Under the pieces are notes generated by a model. It was given only the letters and a program-made list of their open reading frames with translations, made no database searches and was not told the origin of the DNA. Shown one piece after another: positions 9,558 to 21,718 of a stretch of 64,000 nucleotides of DNA. The first letter of the stretch is position 1, and each line of letters opens with the position of its first letter. The DNA lies in contig JAGANS010000072.1 in assembly GCA_017624155.1 (NCBI GenBank), positions 1,962-65,961 on the forward strand, given 5' to 3'. Made by a program: the position numbers and the translations under genes. The DNA is from Muribaculaceae bacterium. Its GTDB lineage: Bacteria > Bacteroidota > Bacteroidia > Bacteroidales > Muribaculaceae.

Positions 9558-10058
9558 TTACTTAACGCTGTCGTTATACTCTTTGTTGGCGGCATGGCCG
9601 ATATAACCGAGCACCGCCGGGGCAAATCTGACTGTCGCCTCGCGCCAAGGAGCCTTGGCATCGTGCAGATCGGCCACATCGCCGCTCACTATAATATAAA
9701 AGTTCAGCACCATACTGAGCATGAGAAGCCACAAAGCTCCCTTGAATATCGCTCCTGCAACACGGTCGACTATACCGAGATGAACGGCGTGAACTGTGCC
9801 GCGCACCAGTCGCGCCACAAGCCATATACCGAGGTAGGCCAGCAAAAACACCACCACATATCCGGCCACATTGTCGAATGCCGACGGTGCATCCTGCCCC
9901 GCGAAGAAAGCGGCCAGGCGCGACCCGAAAAGCCGTGAGGCGATGATACCGCCAATAACGCCGGCTATCTGTCCTACCTGTCCTATTATACCGCGGGTGA
10001 AGCCCATGACAGCGCCCACGCCCACGACTACAAGTATCAAAATATCTATTGCTGACAT
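9558..10058 (-). CDS. cvpA: CvpA (colicin V production) family membrane protein, first gene of the suf operon
   Basis: IDILILVVVGVGAVMGFTRGII and LGIVDRVAGAIF; -7 TACCTTTG at 10067-10074. Confidence 0.85.
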   Translation of the reverse strand: MSAIDILILVVVGVGAVMGFTRGIIGQVGQIAGVIGGIIASRLFGSRLAAFFAGQDAPSAFDNVAGYVVVFLLAYLGIWLVARLVRGTVHAVHLGIVDRVAGAIFKGALWLLMLSMVLNFYIIVSGDVADLHDAKAPWREATVRFAPAVLGYIGHAANKEYNDSVK

Positions 10059-10091
10059 AATGGTTGCAAAGGTACGAAATTTCCGTAAAAG

Positions 10092-10865
10092 TCACAACCC
10101 GCCGAACAGGTGTCGGGCGTTGGCGTCCGTGACACGCGATACCGATTCGAGGCTCTCGCCCGGAAGATTGTCGGCTATATGAGCGGCAATATAAGGCAGA
10201 AAGGCGCTCTCGTTGCGACGTCCCCTTTTAGGGACAGGGGCAAGATACGGTGAATCCGTCTCAAGGAGTATGCGGTCAAGTCCTATCACCGGCAGGACCT
10301 CGCGGAGCTGCGAATTCTTGAATGTGACAATGCCATTGATGCCAAAGTAAAAGTCGCCGAGACTGCGTATACGCTCCACATCGGCCTGTGTACCCCCGAA
10401 TGAGTGGAACACGGCACGTGCGCCGGGATGCCCTTTAAGCACCTCAAGTGTCTCTTCAAGTCCGTCGCGACAGTGGATAATAAGCGGCAATCCGAGCTCC
10501 ACGGCCCGCGCGCACTGTATATCGAATACCTGCATCTGTTCGTCACGGCGGCTTGCATCCCAATAGAGATCGATGCCAACTTCGCCCACGGCCACATAAT
10601 CCTTACCGTCGCCGAGGCGCGTCATCACAGCTGCAAGCGTGCTCTGCGCATCGTCGCCAAGCTCGGTGGGATGCAGTCCCATTGCGCACGATACCTTGTC
10701 AGGAAACTTTACCGCAAGGCCGAGCATGGGATCTATTGATGCGAGGTCGACATTAGGAAATATCATATGTCCGACCCCGGCCGCCAAAGCACGGCGCACA
10801 GCTGCTTCACCTCCGCCGTCGGCATCGAATTCGGGCATATACAGATGTGTATGGGTATCGATCAT
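10092..10865 (-). CDS. tatD: TatD family hydrolase/DNase
   Basis: IDTHTHL, GLHP, VGEVGID, IIHCR, FHSF and LETDSPYLAP. Confidence 0.93.
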   Translation of the reverse strand: MIDTHTHLYMPEFDADGGGEAAVRRALAAGVGHMIFPNVDLASIDPMLGLAVKFPDKVSCAMGLHPTELGDDAQSTLAAVMTRLGDGKDYVAVGEVGIDLYWDASRRDEQMQVFDIQCARAVELGLPLIIHCRDGLEETLEVLKGHPGARAVFHSFGGTQADVERIRSLGDFYFGINGIVTFKNSQLREVLPVIGLDRILLETDSPYLAPVPKRGRRNESAFLPYIAAHIADNLPGESLESVSRVTDANARHLFGGL

Positions 10866-11812
10866 TTCTGACGTGTGGAGAGGTTTGCTGCAAGCCCGGT
10901 GAAATATCGGTAAGCATCATCTGTGATGTCGGCACCCGCAAGTGCATCGACTGCTGCCCTGCGATACTTTTCCACCAGAGCACCGCATCGCTCGTCAAGC
11001 CGCAGCGAACGGTATATTTCAGTCACTCGGGCCACGGGGTCGGCCGAGCCATCGAGTGCGTCAGCCATCTGTCCGGGTGCTTCCGAGAGAGCCATGATAA
11101 AGAGCCATGTCTTCTTGCGGTTGCGGATATCGCCGCCAATCGGTTTACCGAATATCTTGGGATCGCCGAAGGTATCAAGCCAGTCGTCGCGCAGCTGGAA
11201 TGCCAGGCCCAGGTTCTCGCCATAGGCATACATAGCGCGTGCCGTATCCTCGGCGGCACCGGCCATCAGCGCGCCCATGCGGCAGGCGCAACCGAGCAGC
11301 ACCGAGGTCTTGAGCCTTATCATCGCGAGGTATTCATCAACCGTAACATCGTCACGGCCCTCGAATTCCATATCATATTGCTGTCCTTCATATACCTCCA
11401 TCGCGGTGGTATTGAACAATTCCATGACAGCGCTCACACGGTCAGCCGGACACCTGCATGCCATCTGCGTGGCCATCGTGAGCAGGGCGTCGCCCGAGAG
11501 GATTGCCTGTACCTCGCCCCAGCGGGCATACACTGTAGGACGGCCGCGACGTGTATCGGAGCGGTCCATCACATCGTCGTGTATAAGTGTGAAGTTGTGG
11601 AACATCTCTATGGCGAGCGCCTGGCTCAAGGCATTTTCAGCCTTGGCTCCGCAAGCATCGCAAGTGGCCAGACAAAGCAGCGGACGCAGCCGCTTGCCGC
11701 CCGATTCAAGGGTATATTCAACCGGGCGGTAAAGTCCTGCCGGAGATGCGGGATAATCTATTGATGCAAGCCCCGAGCCGAGCAGGGCTACAAGTTTGTT
11801 GTCGTCAATCAT
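10862..11812 (-). CDS. Polyprenyl diphosphate synthase (IspA/GGPPS family)
   Basis: GGKRLRP, FARM LIHDDVMD..RRG and SARM FQLRDDWLD. Confidence 0.9.
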   Translation of the reverse strand: MIDDNKLVALLGSGLASIDYPASPAGLYRPVEYTLESGGKRLRPLLCLATCDACGAKAENALSQALAIEMFHNFTLIHDDVMDRSDTRRGRPTVYARWGEVQAILSGDALLTMATQMACRCPADRVSAVMELFNTTAMEVYEGQQYDMEFEGRDDVTVDEYLAMIRLKTSVLLGCACRMGALMAGAAEDTARAMYAYGENLGLAFQLRDDWLDTFGDPKIFGKPIGGDIRNRKKTWLFIMALSEAPGQMADALDGSADPVARVTEIYRSLRLDERCGALVEKYRRAAVDALAGADITDDAYRYFTGLAANLSTRQK

Positions 11813-11921
11813 GCTTTTGTTTTAAATTAATGCAAAGTTAATCAAAATGCGTGTATCCCGATCCAACTTTGAACTGAAAAAGTTGTACGGATAAATATAA
11901 GATTGTAATTTTGCTCTGTAA

Positions 11922-13946
<2,025 letters not shown>

Positions 13947-13949
<3 letters not shown>

Positions 13950-13965
13950 GAGCTTGTTTAAAAAC
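13947..13965 (+). repeat. 19-bp direct repeat, copy 1 (TAAGAGCTTGTTTAAAAAC), starting at the ligA stop codon
   Basis: Identical to 19411-19429. Confidence 0.85.
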
Positions 13966-13973
13966 TACCTGCT

Positions 13974-14546
13974 ATGAATAAATTTGAACAAGAGTGGCAA
14001 AAGATGCTTGCCGGCGAAGTGTACGATGCCTTCATGCCCGAATTTTTTGACCGGCTTGTAGAAACGCGCCGTAAGCTGTATAAATTCAACAACCTTGAGC
14101 CCGACCGTCTCGACGAACAGCGCTCCATCCTCCGCGACCTGCTGGGATCATGCGGCAAGCGCATTACTGTCAACCAGCCATTCCGCTGCGACTATGGCTG
14201 CAACATCCACGTAGGAGAGGATTTCATGGCCAACTTCAACCTCACGATACTCGACGAGGCCGAGGTGCGCATTGGCCGCAATGCCTTCATCGGTCCCAAC
14301 GTGAGCATCTACACCGCCTGTCATCCACTCGATTCGGAGCGCCGTGACGGCAACATCCAGTGGGCACGACCGGTCACCATCGGCGACAGTGTATGGATCG
14401 GCGGCGGCGCAACCATCCTCCCCGGAGTCACCATAGGTGACAGAGTCGTGATAGGCGCAGGATCGGTTGTGACACGCGACGTTCCCTCCGACGCTCTTGT
14501 TGCCGGCAATCCGGCACGTATCATCAGGCAGCTGCTTCAGTCATAA
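13974..14546 (+). CDS. maa: Maltose/galactoside O-acetyltransferase (hexapeptide repeat)
   Basis: KMLAGEVY, PFRCDYGCNI, IYTACHP and VWIGGGATILPGVTIG. Confidence 0.85.
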   Translation: MNKFEQEWQKMLAGEVYDAFMPEFFDRLVETRRKLYKFNNLEPDRLDEQRSILRDLLGSCGKRITVNQPFRCDYGCNIHVGEDFMANFNLTILDEAEVRIGRNAFIGPNVSIYTACHPLDSERRDGNIQWARPVTIGDSVWIGGGATILPGVTIGDRVVIGAGSVVTRDVPSDALVAGNPARIIRQLLQS

Positions 14547-14579
14547 CGCAGTCAGCCGGCATACATGTGAAGGATTGCT

Positions 14580-15335
14580 TCACACAACAGCCTCGATCAT
14601 GAGCATGCACACCACTCCGGCTACAAGGGCGTAAGTGGCCTGCTTCTGAAAACCGTGAGAATGCGTTTCAGGAATCATTTCGTCGCTTATCACATACAGC
14701 ATCGCGCCACCGGCCAGCGACAGCATCATCGGCAATACCGCCACCGAAAGTTCACCGACAAAATATCCGGCCACCACACCGACCACCTCGAGCAACGCGA
14801 CGGCCACAGCTATGGCAGCCGTATTGAAAAACCGCACACCTGCCATCAGCAGCGGAGTCACTACCACCATTCCTTCGGGTATGTTCTGCAACGCGATTGT
14901 CAGCGACACCGCCAGGGCATTGTCGGCGCTGCCGTTGAACGATATGCCGGTGGCAAGCCCTTCAGGCAGCTTGTGGATAGCTATGGCGAGTACAAAGAGC
15001 ATGGTGCGGTCGAGCCGTGTGCCCGATGCGTGACGCTCTTCCTCCTTCACCCCCGACAGATGATGCAGGTGAGGCGTGAAACGGTCGAGCGCGCCTATCA
15101 GCGCCACTCCGGCTGCCACTCCGATCACTATCTGCCACCACTGCGCAGGCGTGCACATATCCACGGCAGGCATTATCAGACACACCACCGAAGCGGTAAG
15201 CATCATACCTGCACAAAATCCAAGAAACACGTCATTCCACCGATGAGGAATACGCTTCACCGCCAGCCCGATTACTGATCCTGCTATTGACGACAGTCCC
15301 AGCCCGGCGGCGCATATCAACAGTTCCCGAATCAT
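14580..15335 (-). CDS. ZIP family (GufA/ZupT-like) metal transporter
   Basis: PHLHH loop, IAIHKLPEGLA, IALQNIPEG and YVISDEMIPETHSH. Confidence 0.9.
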   Translation of the reverse strand: MIRELLICAAGLGLSSIAGSVIGLAVKRIPHRWNDVFLGFCAGMMLTASVVCLIMPAVDMCTPAQWWQIVIGVAAGVALIGALDRFTPHLHHLSGVKEEERHASGTRLDRTMLFVLAIAIHKLPEGLATGISFNGSADNALAVSLTIALQNIPEGMVVVTPLLMAGVRFFNTAAIAVAVALLEVVGVVAGYFVGELSVAVLPMMLSLAGGAMLYVISDEMIPETHSHGFQKQATYALVAGVVCMLMIEAVV

Positions 15336-15356
15336 ATCCGACCCTCTGTCGTAAGA

Positions 15357-15923
15357 TCAGCCTTTCAGCTTCGCTCCGTCGTGGAAAGCCGAGCCCACAC
15401 GACCGCCCAAAGCGATGTAACCGTTATGGACGGGATCGAAGGTGATCAGGCGCATCTTCTCCACGTCCGGCTTCCCGTCGGCGGCAAGATAGCGCTCATC
15501 ACATACGATGTTCACAATGTCGGCGACTATATAATAACCTGTCTCCGATTCGTAAAGTTTCTCACGTACGCGGCACTCCATCGTCATCGGAAAGCAGTCA
15601 AACACCGGTGCGTCGACCTCCGTGGCGCGCTTACTCGTCCAGCCGGTGCGCTCCATTTTGCCGGGGTCGGAGCGGTGACTGACCAGACCGACATAGTCGG
15701 CACTCACAAGAGTGTCGGCCGTAGCGAATGCGACGGTAAAATCGCCGCAGCGGTTGAGGTTGTCGGTCGTGGCATGTGCACCCATCGATATCATTATCTG
15801 CGTGGCATCCCACTGTCCGCCCCATGCTGCATTCATTGCATTGGGCGTGCCGTCGGCATTATATGTGCCGATTATCAGGACGGGCTGAGGCAGCACCCAC
15901 GCCCTTGGCTTGAAATCTTTCAT
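15357..15923 (-). CDS. Flavin reductase-like (flavoredoxin/DIM6-NTAB) protein
   Basis: PQPVLIIGTY..DG.PNAM.AAWG, ADYVGLVS and ECR; ATG at 15923 with -7 TACCTTTG at 15946-15953. Confidence 0.85.
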   Translation of the reverse strand: MKDFKPRAWVLPQPVLIIGTYNADGTPNAMNAAWGGQWDATQIMISMGAHATTDNLNRCGDFTVAFATADTLVSADYVGLVSHRSDPGKMERTGWTSKRATEVDAPVFDCFPMTMECRVREKLYESETGYYIVADIVNIVCDERYLAADGKPDVEKMRLITFDPVHNGYIALGGRVGSAFHDGAKLKG

Positions 15924-15959
15924 CACGTTAGTTTTGAATTTTGAGCAAAGGTACAAAAA

Positions 15960-16889
15960 TTATCTGAGACGAATACCGTTTTTGACAATTCCAGACCGGA
16001 GCATGTGCGGCGGCACCACCCGGGCCAGCGTCGCCGCCACGCTGTTGAGCATCCTTTCGCGCACATAGTCGTGACGGATGTACATCGATACGCGACGCAG
16101 ACTCACACAGTCGCCCGACAGCGGGCGCACATTGGCGCGCTGTGCATCGCTGAGCATGGGCAGATGCATCTCGGGAATGATCGTGAATCCGCCGTTGGCA
16201 TCCACCACCCTTACCAGTGTCTCGATATTGCCGGCCTCATAAACGCGCCGGCCTGTAGCACGGGCCTTGCAAAAACTGAAAGCGCTGTCGCGCAGACATT
16301 GTGCCTCCTTCATTATCCACATACTCTCATGGCTGAGTTCCTCCGCACTGAATGTGGTAAGTTTATGGCTGCACGTATCCGAAAGATATACCCAAAAGGG
16401 TTCGTCGTAGAGCGGAATCTCGTATAAATCAGCGACACTGTTGCCGCCTATGGCAATCGCAGCATCAATCCGACCGGCCGAAAGAGCTACAAACATCCCT
16501 TCAGGACGCATTTCCTCGATTGTCAGCGACACATCAGGATAATCAGAACCATATATCTTTATGAACTGCGGTAATATGTAAGGAGCGACGCTCGGCCCCA
16601 CAGCCAGTCGCATCCGGCCCGACAATGTATCTCTTGTTTCGCTCACAATCTCGTGGATACGCTCGGCCTCCATCACTGCATTGCGGGCCTGTGCTATTAT
16701 AGATTGTCCTATGGCCGTCGTTTCGACATGCCGGTTGTTGCGGTCGAAAATGCGCACATCGAGCTCCTCTTCAAGGTTGGCTATCATCTTGCTGAGCGTC
16801 GGTTGAGTGACACCGCAGTGCTCTGCGGCCTTTGCGAAACTGCAAAATTTGTCCACGGCAATAATATAGTATAGCTGTTGTATCGTCAT
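15960..16889 (-). CDS. oxyR: OxyR-like LysR-family redox regulator
   Basis: LysR HTH (SFAKAAEHCGVTQPTLS) and AQCLRDSAFSFC, equivalent to OxyR GHCLRDQAMGFC with both redox Cys kept. Confidence 0.82.
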   Translation of the reverse strand: MTIQQLYYIIAVDKFCSFAKAAEHCGVTQPTLSKMIANLEEELDVRIFDRNNRHVETTAIGQSIIAQARNAVMEAERIHEIVSETRDTLSGRMRLAVGPSVAPYILPQFIKIYGSDYPDVSLTIEEMRPEGMFVALSAGRIDAAIAIGGNSVADLYEIPLYDEPFWVYLSDTCSHKLTTFSAEELSHESMWIMKEAQCLRDSAFSFCKARATGRRVYEAGNIETLVRVVDANGGFTIIPEMHLPMLSDAQRANVRPLSGDCVSLRRVSMYIRHDYVRERMLNSVAATLARVVPPHMLRSGIVKNGIRLR

Positions 16890-16893
16890 ATCG

Positions 16894-16929
16894 ATAGATT
16901 TTATCTATGCAAATATAGCAAAAATCTGT
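16894..16929. promoter_or_regulatory. OxyR-type operator ATAG-N7-CTAT-N6-ATAG-N7-CTGT in the divergent promoter
   Basis: ATAG 16894-97, CTAT 16905-08, ATAG 16915-18, CTGT 16926-29. Overlaps the oxyR -7 (TATATTTG, minus strand, 16910-17) and lies upstream of the reductase -7 (TAAATTTG, 16952-59). Confidence 0.8.
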
Positions 16930-16980
16930 TGTGCATCTATAATTCAAGAGCTAAATTTGCAAAAAAATAAAATATCAAAA

Positions 16981-19413
16981 ATGAAATACCTAATCATAGG
17001 CGGTGTGGCAGGTGGCGCCACCGCCGCCGCACGAATCCGGCGCATCGCCGAGAACGACGAGATCATTCTATTTGAGAAAGGTCAATACATATCTTATGCC
17101 AACTGCGGCCTGCCTTACTATATCGGCGGTACAATCGCCGACCGCGACAAACTCTTTGTACAGACGCCTCAGGCATTCGGCCGGCGTTTCAACATCGACG
17201 TGCGGGTAAACTCGGAGGTGACGGCGATTGACCCCGCCAAGAAGACAATAGCAGTAAAGGGGCCTGACGGTTCGGTATATACCGAGAGCTATGACAAGCT
17301 GTTGCTGTCGCCGGGGGCCGAACCATTCCGTCCCAACCTGCCGGGAATCAACCTGCCGGGAATCTTCACCCTGCGCAACGTAGCCGATACCGACAATGTT
17401 AAGAAATATCTCGATAACCACGACGTGCGGCGTGCTGTCGTCATTGGGGGTGGATTCATCGGCCTCGAAATGGCTGAAAACCTTCACGACGCCGGCGCCG
17501 ATGTTGCCGTAGTCGAGATGGCCGATCAGGTAATGGCTCCGGTCGACTATTCCATAGCATCAATCGTACATCAGCATCTGACTCAGAAAGGTGTTAGGCT
17601 CTATTTGGGCACAGCCGTAACATCCTTTGCCGACAAGGACGGTGCCATCGAGCTTACATTCGGTACGGGCGAGCGCATCATGGCCGACATTGTAATCCTG
17701 TCGATAGGCGTACGCCCTGTTAACGCTCTTGCCACACAGGCAGGTATCGCCACCGGCGCACGCGGCGGCATCAAGGTCGACAAATATCTGCATACTTCTG
17801 CCCCCGATGTTTATGCCGTCGGCGATGCAATCGAATATCCCCACCCCATTGACGGTAACCCGTGGATGAACTATCTTGCCGGCCCCGCCAACCGTCAGGC
17901 GCGCATCGTTGCCGACAACATGGTATACGGCGACAAGGTCAGATACGAGGGCGCCATCGGCACATCCGTCGCCAAGGTATTCGATCTCACTGTAGCAGCT
18001 ACAGGCATGGCCGCCAAGCGCCTGCGTCAGGCCGGAACGCCATATCTTACAGCCACCATACACCCCAACTCCCACGCCGGGTATTATCCGGGCGCTACTC
18101 CAATGACAGTCAAGGTAGTCTTTGCTCCGGAAACCGGCAAACTTCTTGGAGCACAGATCGTAGGCTACAACGGCGTGGACAAGCGCATTGATATGTTTGC
18201 CCAGGTCATCAAGAGCGGTGGCACAGTATCTGACCTAATCCGCACCGAGCACGCCTACGCCCCTCCCTACTCCTCGGCCAAGGATCCTGTAGCCCTCGCC
18301 GGTTACGTGGCCGAGAACATTCTCAATGGCAGAATGACACCTATATACTGGCGCCAGCTGCGCGACCTGGACAAGTCGACTGTCACACTCATTGACGTGC
18401 GCACACCCGATGAGTTCACCACGGGTGCCATCAACGGCGCCATCAACATTCCACTCGATGACATGCGCGAGCAACTGAACCGTATTCCCAAGGACAAGCC
18501 TGTCGTACTCTATTGCGGTGTAGGTCTGCGAGGATACCTTGCATCCAATATCCTGAAGCAACGCGGATTCAAGGATGTGAGCAACCTCGTCGGCGGTCTC
18601 AAGACATATCGTGCCGCCACGGCTCCGCTTCCTAAGCCTTCGCCCGCGATTCACGTTCCGGGCAAATCATCACCACAATCAAAAGCAGCTACTATTACCA
18701 TCGATGCCTGCGGCCTGTCGTGCCCGGGACCGATAATGAAACTCCGGCAAGCCATGGAAACAGCCCCGGCAGGTACCGTTATCACCATCGAGGCCACAGA
18801 CCCCGGCTTCGCCCGTGATGCTCAGGCATGGTGCGAGTCGACCGGCAACAAATTCATATCACATGAATCCTCGCGCGGCATCAGCTCGGTCACCATCGCC
18901 AAGGGTGATGAAGAAGCCCTAACGGCTGCCGCTTCACCGACAGGTAAAGGCAAATCGTTCATCATGTTCAGCGACGATCTCGACAAGGCGCTTGCTACAT
19001 TCGTACTGGCCAATGGTGCCGCTGCTACCGGCGAGAAAGTGACGATTTTCTTCACTTTCTGGGGACTGAATGTCATCAAAAAGGAGCGAAAGCCACGTGT
19101 ACGCAAGGACTTCCTCGGCCGCATGTTCGGCATGATGCTGCCCTCCCACTCGCGGAAGCTCAAACTGTCGAAGATGAATATGTTTGGAATGGGACCGCGC
19201 ATGATGCGTCACATCATGCAGACCAAGCGCATCGACTCGCTCGAAACGCTGCGCGACATGGCCATAGAGAACGGCGTGGAGTTCATCGCCTGCCAGATGT
19301 CGATGGACGTTATGGGCATAACGAAAGAAGAACTTCTCGACAACGTCACAATCGGCGGTGTAGCCACCTATATGAACCGGGCCGAGTCCTCAACCGTCAA
19401 TCTCTTCATCTAA
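16981..19413 (+). CDS. CoA-disulfide/persulfide reductase fused to rhodanese, TusA/SirA and DsrE/DrsE-2 domains
   Basis: GGVAGG FAD fold, SYANCGLPY active Cys, GGGFIGLE, YAPPYS, rhodanese CGVGLR, TusA DACGLSCPGP and DsrE FFTFWGL...IACQMSM. Confidence 0.9.
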   Translation: MKYLIIGGVAGGATAAARIRRIAENDEIILFEKGQYISYANCGLPYYIGGTIADRDKLFVQTPQAFGRRFNIDVRVNSEVTAIDPAKKTIAVKGPDGSVYTESYDKLLLSPGAEPFRPNLPGINLPGIFTLRNVADTDNVKKYLDNHDVRRAVVIGGGFIGLEMAENLHDAGADVAVVEMADQVMAPVDYSIASIVHQHLTQKGVRLYLGTAVTSFADKDGAIELTFGTGERIMADIVILSIGVRPVNALATQAGIATGARGGIKVDKYLHTSAPDVYAVGDAIEYPHPIDGNPWMNYLAGPANRQARIVADNMVYGDKVRYEGAIGTSVAKVFDLTVAATGMAAKRLRQAGTPYLTATIHPNSHAGYYPGATPMTVKVVFAPETGKLLGAQIVGYNGVDKRIDMFAQVIKSGGTVSDLIRTEHAYAPPYSSAKDPVALAGYVAENILNGRMTPIYWRQLRDLDKSTVTLIDVRTPDEFTTGAINGAINIPLDDMREQLNRIPKDKPVVLYCGVGLRGYLASNILKQRGFKDVSNLVGGLKTYRAATAPLPKPSPAIHVPGKSSPQSKAATITIDACGLSCPGPIMKLRQAMETAPAGTVITIEATDPGFARDAQAWCESTGNKFISHESSRGISSVTIAKGDEEALTAAASPTGKGKSFIMFSDDLDKALATFVLANGAAATGEKVTIFFTFWGLNVIKKERKPRVRKDFLGRMFGMMLPSHSRKLKLSKMNMFGMGPRMMRHIMQTKRIDSLETLRDMAIENGVEFIACQMSMDVMGITKEELLDNVTIGGVATYMNRAESSTVNLFI

Positions 19414-19429
19414 GAGCTTGTTTAAAAAC
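19411..19429 (+). repeat. 19-bp direct repeat, copy 2, starting at the reductase stop codon
   Basis: TAAGAGCTTGTTTAAAAAC, identical to 13947-13965. Confidence 0.85.
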
Positions 19430-19451
19430 AAATATTAACATACAGAAATTT

Positions 19452-19477
19452 AAAAAGGCGACTTTTTGTCGCCTTTT
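19452..19477. terminator. Bidirectional intrinsic terminator
   Basis: AAAAAGGCGAC-TTTTT-GTCGCCTTTT between convergent genes. Confidence 0.75.
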
Positions 19478-19505
19478 CTATTTCTTAAACATCACGAATA
19501 TTAAT

Positions 19506-20126
19506 TCATCGAATGAAGTTGGTGAATACACGAGGCTGCTCGGGTGTGGGCGCATCGGGCGCAGGATTGTGGATCTTCCGCAACAGCCATGCCATGTTGC
19601 GGCCAAGAGTGCGCATAGTCTGCATACCCTCACCATCCTCGACAGCCTGACCGGGCATCTGACCGTACACTATATTCCAATACTGCGACGACACCACCGG
19701 CATATTACTGATTGTAAAGTATTTGTTGAGTCGGTCGAAAGTGGTGGCAGCTCCGCCACGTCGTGCCACTGCCACCGAGGCTGCGGGCTTATAGCTGTAA
19801 TTTTCAGCGGGAGTTGAGTAGAACAAACGGTCGAGGATGGCGCACAACGATCCGTTTGGACCGGCATAGTACACCGGCGAGCCAACAACCAGACCATCGC
19901 AGACGGCGAGCCGCTCGCGCAGGGTCTCGTAAAGATCGTCGTGGAACACGCAACGTCCCAGCTCGCGGCACTTGCGGCAGGCTATACAGCCCTGCACGGC
20001 TTTTTTACCGATCCACACTATTTCCGTTTCTACACCCTCGGCATTGAGCGCCTTCGCAACCTCGGCAAGTGCCAGATAGGTATTGCCCTGCTCGTTAGGG
20101 CTGCCGTTGATCATTAATACTTTCAT
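19506..20126 (-). CDS. Iron-sulfur flavoprotein / NADPH-dependent FMN reductase (multimeric flavodoxin family)
   Basis: INGSP..GNT, CIACRKC.....C cluster motif, GSPVYY and RRGG. Confidence 0.88.
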   Translation of the reverse strand: MKVLMINGSPNEQGNTYLALAEVAKALNAEGVETEIVWIGKKAVQGCIACRKCRELGRCVFHDDLYETLRERLAVCDGLVVGSPVYYAGPNGSLCAILDRLFYSTPAENYSYKPAASVAVARRGGAATTFDRLNKYFTISNMPVVSSQYWNIVYGQMPGQAVEDGEGMQTMRTLGRNMAWLLRKIHNPAPDAPTPEQPRVFTNFIR

Positions 20127-20830
20127 CAGTCTTCCAGATAATAGTCAACGTATGTGACAACACGGATCGTCTTGATGTATGGGGTGAATTGATCGCGGTC
20201 GTTGATTGAGAACTGACCCTGAGTGGCGGTCTTGATGCGTCCGAGGCGGCTGCCGGAGTCCTCACCAAACTTGTTGGCGGCCTCGCGTGCGTTCTTCGTA
20301 GCCTCTGCTATCATTTCGGGCTTGATCTTGTTCAGATCGGTATACTCGTATGTAGTGGGATACTGGTACGTTTCGGCAATGATCGCAACGCCCTCCTTGA
20401 GTAGTTCGGTCTCACGCTCGATGAGCGACCGTACCTTATCGACATTCGACGAGGTGACAACTATCACATTAGTGAGCGAGTAACGCGAGGTGACACGCGA
20501 AGGATCATAGCTCGTTGCCACATTATCACTCACGCTTGGGGAATTGACCGAGATCTCCTCATCGGTTATACCGTTAGATTTCAGGAAGGCAAGAATCTTG
20601 GCGTTGACAGCCTGGGTACGGTCATATAGGGCAACAAGGTCATTGCCCATGTCCTGAGTCACGATGGGCCATGTCACCTTGTTGGCCTCGACTTCTTTCT
20701 CACACAGACCGCGCACCGATACAACACGGTCGCGCTCGCCATAGCCTTTGATACCGCTGCGGATACACAGGCCCAATGCCAACAGGCCAAGGGCGACTAA
20801 AAGTCCGGTGATTACTGCTGAATTCTTCAT
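20126..20830 (-). CDS. SIMPL (DUF541) domain protein
   Basis: N-terminal TM, RVVSVRGLCEKEV, IKPEMIAEATKNAREAA and ATQGQFSI. Confidence 0.8.
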   Translation of the reverse strand: MKNSAVITGLLVALGLLALGLCIRSGIKGYGERDRVVSVRGLCEKEVEANKVTWPIVTQDMGNDLVALYDRTQAVNAKILAFLKSNGITDEEISVNSPSVSDNVATSYDPSRVTSRYSLTNVIVVTSSNVDKVRSLIERETELLKEGVAIIAETYQYPTTYEYTDLNKIKPEMIAEATKNAREAANKFGEDSGSRLGRIKTATQGQFSINDRDQFTPYIKTIRVVTYVDYYLED

Positions 20831-20842
20831 AACTGTTATTTA

Positions 20843-21718
20843 TCAGATACGTTCGAGCACCGTCTCGATAAGCGAGCGGATGCCGTTCTTGTAGTTGGGG
20901 TTTGACACGTTGGTAAAGCGGTTGGCGATGATGGAACATACGGTCATGCAGCGGTGTCCCATCAGGCGGCCGAGACCGGCGAGAGGTGCCGATTCCATCT
21001 CATAGTTTGTGACACGACGCCCCTTGAATTCAAACGACTCGATGCGCCGGTTGAGATCGGGATTGGCCAGCGGCAGGCGCAGTTCGCGTCCCTGAGGGCC
21101 ATAGAATCCGACTGCTGAAATGGTATTGCCGCGCACCATGTCATCGCGGCCGATGAGGTCGACAAGACCGGCATCGGCATCCACGACATAGGGCTTGGCC
21201 CACAGCGGATTCCAGCCGGTGTGCTCACACAGGGCATGCTCAAACTCAAGATCCGACACTTCGTTACGGCCGGCATAGTAGTTGAGTACTCCGTCAAATC
21301 CTATCGACTTCTCGGCAATCACAGGTGTGCCGAGAGTGAGCTCGGGCTGCAGTGCTCCCGATGTGCCGATACGCACCATCGTAAGGCTGCGCTTCCAGTC
21401 TTTTACCTCGCGAGTGGCAAAGTCGACGTTGGCAAGTGCATCGAGTTCGTTGATGACGATGTCGATGTTGTCGGGACCGATACCGTGGCTCAGGCACATG
21501 ATAGGCTTGCCCTTGTAAATGCCACCGATAGTATGAAACTCGCGAGAAGACACTTCAAATGTACGTGTATCAAAAAACTCGGCAACCATATTTACACGGG
21601 CGGGGTCGCCCACAAGAATGATACGGTCGGTAAGTTGCTCAGGCAACAGATGAAGGTGAAACACCGAGCCGTCGGGGTTTATTATAAGTTCGGATGGCGG
21701 TATGATTTTCTTTTCCAT
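20843..21718 (-). CDS. udp: Nucleoside (uridine) phosphorylase
   Basis: GSVFHLHL, VGDPARV, REF, HGIGPDNIDI, RIGTSG and NYEMES; -7 TATCTTTG at 21771-21778. Confidence 0.85.
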   Translation of the reverse strand: MEKKIIPPSELIINPDGSVFHLHLLPEQLTDRIILVGDPARVNMVAEFFDTRTFEVSSREFHTIGGIYKGKPIMCLSHGIGPDNIDIVINELDALANVDFATREVKDWKRSLTMVRIGTSGALQPELTLGTPVIAEKSIGFDGVLNYYAGRNEVSDLEFEHALCEHTGWNPLWAKPYVVDADAGLVDLIGRDDMVRGNTISAVGFYGPQGRELRLPLANPDLNRRIESFEFKGRRVTNYEMESAPLAGLGRLMGHRCMTVCSIIANRFTNVSNPNYKNGIRSLIETVLERI

